Shown here in pieces: positions 56,675 to 64,000 of a stretch of 64,000 nt of DNA. The stretch is taken from the IMG/VR virus record IMGVR_UViG_3300027782_000027, positions 62,001-126,000 of that record; one strand, 5' to 3'. The notes below the pieces were generated by a model. That model was given only the letters and a program-made list of their open reading frames with translations, had not been told where the DNA came from and ran no database searches. Positions within the stretch are counted from its first letter, which is position 1. Each line of letters starts with the position of its first letter. Both the position numbers and the translations under genes were made by a program.

Positions 56675-58672
56675 ATGTTACTAGAAGATGCTTCAAAAAA
56701 AATTGCCTTAGACGCTGAGGAAACTAAACTTATAGGTTCTAATTTACTTGATTTAGCAGCAAATATTAGTAACGTACTAAAACCAGCTCAAGATTTAATC
56801 GTTAGTTTTGCTGAGGTAGGTAAAAGAATTGGGGAAGCTGACAAAGGTGCATTTCAGTTGGTCGGAAAAATGGGGTTAAATGAAAAGGCCGCTGAAAGAA
56901 TTAAAAGAACTTTTGGTGAAGCGTATAATGAATTAGGTTTAATTGGTGCTGATTTTGGAACTTTCGTTAAAACACAAGAAGAATTTAACACCGCGACAGG
57001 ACGTAATGTAATTCTAACAAAAGAAAATTTAAAAGACTTAATTTCTACTAATAAAGTTACAGGAGTTGCCTCGGCAACTTTATTAACAAGTTTTCAAAAC
57101 GCTGGTTTTTCAATGTCACAAATTAGTACAAATATGGAGAAAGTGGTTACACTTGCTTCAAGTATGGGGGTTAATAGTCAGGTTGTGTCTAAATCTGTAA
57201 CTGAAAATTTAGAAAAATTAAATAAATTTGGTTTTGGTAATGGGGTGGAAGGTTTGGCAAAAATGGCGGCAAAGGCAGCATCTATGAGAATAGACATGAA
57301 ATCAGCCTTTGCAGTTGCGGATGACATCTTCTCGAGAGGACCGGAGGCTGCTATAGAAATTTCTGCGACTCTACAACGGATGGGTGCAACATCAGGGGCG
57401 TTACTTGACCCATTAAAACTTATGGATTTGGCTCAAAACAATATTCCTGAGTTACAGAACCAACTTGTTGATTTATCTAAACAATATACAGTATTTAACG
57501 AAGATACTAAACAATTTGAAATCATGCCAGGTGCCAGAAAGCAATTGAATGAAGTTGCAAAATCTTTAGGTATGAGTTATGATGAATTTGCTAGAATGTC
57601 TTTGGAAAGTTCAAAAATGGAAAAAAAACTTTCTGAAATTGATTTTAGCCGATTTAACATGAATATGACTGAAGAACAAAAATCTTTGATTACAAACATG
57701 GCAGAAATGAATACTCAGGGTGAGTATGTTGTTAAAGTAAAAGATGAAAAAGGTGTTGAAATTGAAAAAGCTATAAGTGAATTAAACCAAGGTGATTTAG
57801 AAGAACTACAAAAACAAACTTTAACTGAAGGTGAAAAAATGTATGATATCGCTTCACAAAGTTTGAGTCAACTTGAAAGAATTGGGAATTTACAAGAAAC
57901 TTTTGCTAATTCTTATAGTACTATGTTGGCAACAAGTGAATATGGAAATACCTACTTACAAACATTAGTTGCGGGTAATGAAAAATTATATGGTGTAAAT
58001 GACGCTTCAAAAAATGAAACTTTAAAACTTTTTAATTTAAATAATGAGGCCATGAAGCAAAGTAATGCTGATATTGCAAATTTAACTAAATTAGCTCTTG
58101 AAAAAGCTCAAGAGGGAAAATTTGCTGAATCTGCGGTTCTTTTTAAAGAACTTGGTGAACAAAGTTTTGGTCAAATGAAAAAAGGTTTGGACGCGAGCTA
58201 CCAAGACAAAACTGTTGTAAGTATCCTAACTGACGCTGGAATTAATGTAATAGCTAAAACAGGCGCGGAATTAGTTAACACTTTTGTAAATTTTTTAAAA
58301 ACTGGAGATTTAACTAGCTTTATACCTAAAAAAGACATTGCAATCACCGCTGACGGAATGCACTACTCTTTAGATAAAGGTGATATGTTGATGGCACTTA
58401 ACCAAGAAAAATTAGCTTCCGCAATCGGAGCATCATCACCTTCACCAATCTTACCAACTGCGGTTGAAAATAATTACGCTTCTAATGAAGTAAAAAAAGA
58501 ATCAACTCCAAAAGAACTTAATGTGAATATAAACTTTACACATGAGTCTAAAGGTGCTGATATAAATGTTGCTCAAGAATTTTCAAAATCTTTAAGAGAT
58601 AATACATCATTACAACAACAACTTGTTCAACAGATAAGTGAAAATATTAAAAACTACGGTTTGACTGCCTGA
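56675..58672 (+). CDS. Tape measure protein
   Basis: Helical, A/K/E/L-rich 665-aa protein directly after the chaperone pair. Confidence 0.75.
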   Translation: MLLEDASKKIALDAEETKLIGSNLLDLAANISNVLKPAQDLIVSFAEVGKRIGEADKGAFQLVGKMGLNEKAAERIKRTFGEAYNELGLIGADFGTFVKTQEEFNTATGRNVILTKENLKDLISTNKVTGVASATLLTSFQNAGFSMSQISTNMEKVVTLASSMGVNSQVVSKSVTENLEKLNKFGFGNGVEGLAKMAAKAASMRIDMKSAFAVADDIFSRGPEAAIEISATLQRMGATSGALLDPLKLMDLAQNNIPELQNQLVDLSKQYTVFNEDTKQFEIMPGARKQLNEVAKSLGMSYDEFARMSLESSKMEKKLSEIDFSRFNMNMTEEQKSLITNMAEMNTQGEYVVKVKDEKGVEIEKAISELNQGDLEELQKQTLTEGEKMYDIASQSLSQLERIGNLQETFANSYSTMLATSEYGNTYLQTLVAGNEKLYGVNDASKNETLKLFNLNNEAMKQSNADIANLTKLALEKAQEGKFAESAVLFKELGEQSFGQMKKGLDASYQDKTVVSILTDAGINVIAKTGAELVNTFVNFLKTGDLTSFIPKKDIAITADGMHYSLDKGDMLMALNQEKLASAIGASSPSPILPTAVENNYASNEVKKESTPKELNVNINFTHESKGADINVAQEFSKSLRDNTSLQQQLVQQISENIKNYGLTA

Positions 58673-58689
58673 TAAAATCTGTTTCATTC

Positions 58690-58696
58690 TATTTAT
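58690..58696 (+). promoter_or_regulatory. TATTTAT putative late promoter
   Basis: Upstream of TTG 58708 / ATG 58711. Confidence 0.65.
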
Positions 58697-58710
58697 TATA
58701 AAAAGATTTG

Positions 58711-61700
58711 ATGCAAGAAAATATTCTTTCTTTTAACGGTTCGGAAAATTTTAGAAAAACACTTGTTTCTCGAAACTTAAAGCCTTATAAAATTGAGGGT
58801 TCATTTTCCAGTGCCGAATATCAACAAAATTATACTGCAAATTTAACGGATAGTTCACCTGTTGACACCCCTGATATAAGTTATGATATATATGAAGAGC
58901 CGAAATTAAATACAATTATAAATGTTTACGGACCGGCTGGAAATTTCATTGACGGTGCTGAAGTAGTAAATTCTCTTGATATACCACAACCACCAAGACC
59001 TGTTTCTACAGGTGAGGAAATTGGTCAAAACGAATATAACCCAAACTTTACTAAACTCGATATAATAAATGAAACATTTATTGATAATGTTGCGGTTGTA
59101 AATCGATATACTCCTGAAGGTAATTATGATGATTTATTTGTTGTTGATGAAAAAATATTGGCAAAAACATTACAACAAAGTGGAGTTTATGGTGACGGTA
59201 TTTCATCTCCAATAAATTTTGTTCAGGGTGATTATACTGTAACTGAAATATTAAATAACGACCCTGAATTAATAAGTGATTCTTATATTCAAAAAATTGG
59301 CGCGGAAAGATTAACATATGCGTTCCAACAAAGAATTGCTCGTGAAATCGAAAGAAATACTGTTGGGTCAATTAATTTAGGGATTTTAACAAGTCCGTTT
59401 GAGGCAACATTAGTTGCTACAGGTCAAGAACCTTTTATACAGAGAAACTATACAATTACAGTTCCTAATGGTGTCATAGATTACGCAGCATACTTTTTAC
59501 AAAGAGTTGCTGGTTTTTTATTACCCTATTCACCAATCGAAGGAAGTTATTTTTCAGATGTTGAAAGACAAAGAATTAAACCACAACAAACATTAGGTAA
59601 TTTAGGTGGTAATATTTTAAATAGACAAAATCCTTCTATAATTTTTTTACAAAATACAGGTTCAGGACAAAAAAGTGTTTTATTTAATACTATTGCTTAT
59701 AACAGATATAAACCTGATTATACATTTTATCTAACTCAACTTGGTAGTTCTCTTTCTGACTTTTTTGAAAATCCTAATTCTATCGGTAATTTATACATTG
59801 GTAGACAAGAGTCGGACATAATTAATGTTACATCACCTCCAGGTGCTAGTCCGGTTAATGCTTATGGAATACCAACAAGGACACCTGTTTACGGACCTGA
59901 TAAAGTCTCAATGCTTTATGAAGGTGACCAAAACTTCCAATTTGGTTTGGCTGGAAAAGATTATAGTCAAAGACCTGTTTTTGACGGAGGGTTTGTTTGG
60001 ATATCTGAATTAACAAAAGTTGAAGCAGGAAGAACTGTTGGACAAGATGGTAGAATTTATGACAATAATTTAACATTTTCACCACTAAGTTCATCTTATC
60101 AACAAGTCTTGTCAACAGGATATGAGTTTAGACCTGGTTCAATATTAGATGTTACACAAAGAATAATTGACTCTACACCTGCTCAGGGTAAGGATAGATT
60201 AGCTCATGTGGGTAATGCGATGAACCAAGTGTCGAAAGTTTTTTGGGACGGATATAAGGAATTAACAAAGGGTTCCAAAGTTAAAAAATATGTTGATGAG
60301 AATGGTTCTATTGTTGGAACTGAGTATGGTAGAATTTTCTCAAAGGATAGACCTTACTACACTTACGGAGATTTACAAGGAACTTACGCTAACAAAAGTG
60401 GGGCGGATACAAACGGTAATATAAGAAGGTATTCATATTCGGTATTAGATAGTGCGTATAACCTTAATATTGTTCCTTATAAAAATGGAGGAACATCAAC
60501 TCAAGGAGGAAGTGTTAAAAAATACATGTTTTCGTTAGAGAACTTAGCTTGGAAATCAACACCTGAATTTAATAATTTACCTGATATTGAAAAGGGCCCA
60601 AACGGTGGTAGAATCATGTGGTTTCCACCATATGAATTAACTTTTGGAGATAGTTCTACAGCAAATTTTAATGCAACTAATTTTATCGGAAGACCTGAAC
60701 CAATCTATACTTACAATAATACAACAAGAACTGGTGATATAAGTTTTAAAATAGTTGTTGACCATCCATCAGTATTAAATTTAATTGTTAATAGAGAATT
60801 AGAAAATCAAAATAGTGATTTAATAAATGGTGTGGTTAATTCATTTTTTGCTGGATGTAGAAAATATGACATATATGAATTAGCGAAAAACTTTGGAAGT
60901 TTAAGTTTAAACACTATCGAAGACATCTATCAACAAGTATTAGAAAGTGACCAAACATCTCAAGAAGATAAACTTGAGGCTTTAGAATCATTACCACAAG
61001 ATGAAGGTAATCCTACTGATTCACAAAGAGTTAGCTTAAGTCAAAATTACAATGATTTTGGATTTTATTTTGAAGCATATCAAACTATTGATTCATCAAC
61101 TGATTACGAAATTTTGTATGCTGATTATCTAAGTAAAGAAGGGTTTTATGCCGAACAACAACCCCAAGAACCTATAAGTAGTTTTTTTGACAAAGTTATA
61201 AAAGAAAATTATAATACAATACTATCATTAAGAGATGAGATTGTTGAAATTTTAATTGCTGGTGGTGAAGTAAGTTTAGAACTTGTTGGCACTTTGGATG
61301 TTGAAACAAATTCTAGTGAGTCTTCAACATATAATAATGATAGATTATCATCAATTAATATATTTTTTGAAGAATATGTTTTTCAAAGTACGTTAGCTAG
61401 CAAATACATTAACAACGGAAAGTTGAAAATTACATTAAGTAGTGAAATACAATCTTCCGCAATTATAAAATCAAGTGAACCTTTTGACTCGTTTGATTGT
61501 AACACAATTATTAATAACACTAACACTCCGTTCTCAATTCAAGCGATGGCTTGTAGAGGTATAAGAGTAAAAAATGTAATAGTTACACCACAACCACCTG
61601 ATAGTGAAAATAGTGGTGCGGTTAACACAAACAGTAATGATGGTGACAGTAATTTAAGAAGAAGTACTGGACAATTTTTGTCAGATGTTTTTGGTAATAA

Positions 61701-63543
61701 GAAAAAGAAAAAAGAAAGTGTTGAGGCTAAAGCTAAAAATTTAAGTAAAACAATTCTATCAGAATTATTAAATGAGAAGAATTATTTTGAAATAATTAAA
61801 CAAGAAGACCCATTTTTATATGATAGTTTTAAAACAAAAATTAAATTCTTTAACCCAGCATTCCACTCTATTACACCTGAAGGATTTAATTCAAGATTAA
61901 CTTTTTTAAATCAATGTGTTAGACCTGGTAATACAATACCAACAAAAAATACTTCAGGTGATTTTGAAACTAAAGATTCTTTAAATACAAATTTTGGTTC
62001 ACCACCTATTTTAGTGTTAAGAATTGGTGATTTTTATAATTGTAAAATCGTACCTGAAACTTTAGGTTTTACATACGAAGCATTAGATTTTAATCCTGAA
62101 GGTATTGGTGTTCAACCAATGATTGTTACTGCAAAATTAGGTTTTAAAATGATTGGTGGACATGGTTTAAAAGAACCGATTGAAAGATTACAAAACGCTC
62201 TTTCATTTAATTATTATGCTAATACTGAAATGTATGATGAAAGGTCAATTCCTACTGATACAACTAAATTAACAGCAGTTTTAAATGGTGATACCGGTTT
62301 AAGTTCAAATCTAAGAACTTTACAAAACTTAGCTAATCAAACTAATAACCAAAACTTGGCTAGTAATCAGGCGACAAATCAAAACCCAACCGATGGGGGT
62401 AATTTTATTGGAAATGTGTCTGAGTCAACAAACACAAATGGTGTGTTAACAGGAACTATACAATATAAGAATTTAGTTGACTCAACTGTTGATAACAGTC
62501 AAAATTACATGAATTTAGTTGAAAGTTTTATTACAAGTGTAACTAAAGAATATAATTATGGTGTTTTAACTCAGATATATAATGAAAGACTATTTAACAA
62601 TGGAACTTTCAATTCCTTACAAGGACCTGTCTCAGACGTAAAAATTTTGGGTAAATTTAATAATTACTCAAATTATATTACAAGTGTAATGTCAGCATTA
62701 ATTACTGAGATTGATAATGGTACAGATATATTAACTGTTTATTTGTTATCTAAGAATGTTCCGCAAAATGAAATTAGAATAGTTCAATCAAATTTTAAAG
62801 CAGCTTGTCAAAATAGAAAGAATACAATATTACAAGGTATTGGTAGTAAAATACAATCAATAACTAATCAACAGTCTGAGATATATCAAATTTTTAGAAG
62901 AATGGATTTAGTTTGTGATTCTACAGATGGTAAGTTAAATTCAAATGGTTCTATATTTGCATTAACTAATACTGGTGAACCTTACGGAACATCGGATACC
63001 TTAACGGATATTAGAACTGATTATACACAAATAGCTAATGATTTCAAAAGTTATTACTCTTTATTGTTATCTAATAATATAATTATTGAACCAGCGGTTT
63101 CAACATTGTATTTCACACCTTTCACTAGTTATAGTTCAACAGGTGGATTAAATTTATTCTTCACATTATTCTCAAACGATTTTACAGATAATCAATCTAT
63201 TGAAAATTTAAAGAATTTTTTAACACAAAACTATACACCTGTAAATGAAAACACAAAAACAAAAGTTTTAACATATTTGAGTTCTATTTCACAATCAATT
63301 ATTGATGAGAAAAACGCTCAAACAACATATGTAAATAATTTCTTTACAGGTCAAAGTTATTTGATTTATAAAAATTATAATCCACAAGTTGATGGTGTTA
63401 GTGTGAAAGGAAGGGATAGAGATTTTACATTTACTTCAGCAGGTTCAACATCAAATCAACAAACTAATGTTTCCAACATTTATAAAAATGTTAATATTGA
63501 TAATAATCAATCAACATACAACGGAAAAAAATATTTTAACTAA
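58711..63543 (+). CDS. Large multidomain baseplate/tube-initiator protein
   Basis: Two tube-initiator-like segments (MWFPPYELTFGDS...IGRPEPIYTY..T.R and PILVLRIGDFY...I.P); follows the tape measure gene. Confidence 0.7.
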   Translation: MQENILSFNGSENFRKTLVSRNLKPYKIEGSFSSAEYQQNYTANLTDSSPVDTPDISYDIYEEPKLNTIINVYGPAGNFIDGAEVVNSLDIPQPPRPVSTGEEIGQNEYNPNFTKLDIINETFIDNVAVVNRYTPEGNYDDLFVVDEKILAKTLQQSGVYGDGISSPINFVQGDYTVTEILNNDPELISDSYIQKIGAERLTYAFQQRIAREIERNTVGSINLGILTSPFEATLVATGQEPFIQRNYTITVPNGVIDYAAYFLQRVAGFLLPYSPIEGSYFSDVERQRIKPQQTLGNLGGNILNRQNPSIIFLQNTGSGQKSVLFNTIAYNRYKPDYTFYLTQLGSSLSDFFENPNSIGNLYIGRQESDIINVTSPPGASPVNAYGIPTRTPVYGPDKVSMLYEGDQNFQFGLAGKDYSQRPVFDGGFVWISELTKVEAGRTVGQDGRIYDNNLTFSPLSSSYQQVLSTGYEFRPGSILDVTQRIIDSTPAQGKDRLAHVGNAMNQVSKVFWDGYKELTKGSKVKKYVDENGSIVGTEYGRIFSKDRPYYTYGDLQGTYANKSGADTNGNIRRYSYSVLDSAYNLNIVPYKNGGTSTQGGSVKKYMFSLENLAWKSTPEFNNLPDIEKGPNGGRIMWFPPYELTFGDSSTANFNATNFIGRPEPIYTYNNTTRTGDISFKIVVDHPSVLNLIVNRELENQNSDLINGVVNSFFAGCRKYDIYELAKNFGSLSLNTIEDIYQQVLESDQTSQEDKLEALESLPQDEGNPTDSQRVSLSQNYNDFGFYFEAYQTIDSSTDYEILYADYLSKEGFYAEQQPQEPISSFFDKVIKENYNTILSLRDEIVEILIAGGEVSLELVGTLDVETNSSESSTYNNDRLSSINIFFEEYVFQSTLASKYINNGKLKITLSSEIQSSAIIKSSEPFDSFDCNTIINNTNTPFSIQAMACRGIRVKNVIVTPQPPDSENSGAVNTNSNDGDSNLRRSTGQFLSDVFGNKKKKKESVEAKAKNLSKTILSELLNEKNYFEIIKQEDPFLYDSFKTKIKFFNPAFHSITPEGFNSRLTFLNQCVRPGNTIPTKNTSGDFETKDSLNTNFGSPPILVLRIGDFYNCKIVPETLGFTYEALDFNPEGIGVQPMIVTAKLGFKMIGGHGLKEPIERLQNALSFNYYANTEMYDERSIPTDTTKLTAVLNGDTGLSSNLRTLQNLANQTNNQNLASNQATNQNPTDGGNFIGNVSESTNTNGVLTGTIQYKNLVDSTVDNSQNYMNLVESFITSVTKEYNYGVLTQIYNERLFNNGTFNSLQGPVSDVKILGKFNNYSNYITSVMSALITEIDNGTDILTVYLLSKNVPQNEIRIVQSNFKAACQNRKNTILQGIGSKIQSITNQQSEIYQIFRRMDLVCDSTDGKLNSNGSIFALTNTGEPYGTSDTLTDIRTDYTQIANDFKSYYSLLLSNNIIIEPAVSTLYFTPFTSYSSTGGLNLFFTLFSNDFTDNQSIENLKNFLTQNYTPVNENTKTKVLTYLSSISQSIIDEKNAQTTYVNNFFTGQSYLIYKNYNPQVDGVSVKGRDRDFTFTSAGSTSNQQTNVSNIYKNVNIDNNQSTYNGKKYFN

Positions 63544-63869
63544 TGGCTAACGAATATTTAAATAGATACCAATTCTTTACGGCAAACGACCAACAAAATA
63601 CTATTCCGTATATTAATATTCCTTTGAAAAATTCCGATAAAAAATACATTTATAAACTTGGAGTTTCTCGTTTAGATAAAATATCCCAACTGTATTATGA
63701 CACGCCTTATTTTGGTTGGCTTATTTTACAATCAAACTCACAGTATGGTGGTTCAGAATTAAACATTCCTGACAATGCCGTTCTTAACATACCCTTCCCT
63801 TTAACATCTTCTTTATTAGATTATAAATCAGCTTTAGAGCGTTATTTCTATTATTATGGCGAACAATAA
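63543..63869 (+). CDS. Baseplate wedge protein (gp53/LysM-like)
   Basis: RLDKISQLYYDTPYFGWLILQSN motif. Confidence 0.75.
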   Translation: MANEYLNRYQFFTANDQQNTIPYINIPLKNSDKKYIYKLGVSRLDKISQLYYDTPYFGWLILQSNSQYGGSELNIPDNAVLNIPFPLTSSLLDYKSALERYFYYYGEQ

Positions 63870-64000
63870 TATTTTTATTGAAAAAGATGTAAATAATATC
63901 TTCATAGTTAATCCTAATAAAGTTACCAACCAATTTGGTAACGCTGAAGATAGGAATGTTCCTATGGAAGATTTGGTTTATTATGTCAATTTAGACTGTG
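63856..64000 (+). CDS. 3'-truncated baseplate-region protein
   Basis: ATG 63856 reads MANNNIFIEKDVNNIFIVNPNKV... and stays open to the window end. Confidence 0.65.
   Translation, partial: MANNNIFIEKDVNNIFIVNPNKVTNQFGNAEDRNVPMEDLVYYVNLDC

Noticed and set aside
810-60115. Many short tracked ORFs nested in or antisense to long genes (for example 1385, 1548, 5987, 9614, 23031, 37335, 43744, 59078)
   Set aside because: They overlap well-supported genes, lack motifs and show shadow-frame composition.
1-64000. Stop-codon reassignment
   Set aside because: Core genes are full length in the standard code, and TAA, TAG and TGA all end genes at sensible positions.
1-64000. tRNA, rRNA, integrase or transposase genes
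   Set aside because: None were recognised by eye and the intergenic gaps are mostly short. tRNAscan-SE or Infernal would be needed to exclude them.

Overview
This window is an AT-rich (about 30% GC by eye), gene-dense segment of a large T4-like myophage, probably infecting Bacteroidota. The host inference rests on a Bacteroidota-type bS21, a perfect TTTG-N19-TAnnTTTG promoter, a DUF4494-like gene and A-rich, SD-less start regions. Content from left to right: a Thr/Pro-repeat LamG-like virion protein; the head module (portal, antisense rpsU/bS21, prohead protease, scaffold, major capsid); small late genes; a spike-like gene; a gp55-like sigma factor; an ~18 kb sugar-nucleotide and glycosyltransferase operon interleaved with phoH, dUTPase and an exonuclease; a WYL protein; a second Thr/Pro-repeat virion protein; family B DNA polymerase; neck, SOD-fusion and SNF2 genes; and the tail module (sheath, tube, chaperone, tape measure, baseplate). 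The best leads are: (1) the glycosylation island together with mucin-like virion proteins; (2) an apparent +1 frameshift site (GGAG UUU UUU CGU) joining the tail chaperone ORFs; (3) a set of late proteins, including a SOD fused to a nuclease-like domain and a WYL protein, with capsid-protease-type N-terminal motifs; (4) three promoter classes, including a 21-copy TATTTAT late motif; (5) an H-type pseudoknot in the polymerase leader; and (6) apparent absence of GATC. No searches were run. All family calls come from motifs recognised by eye and need HMM or structure confirmation.
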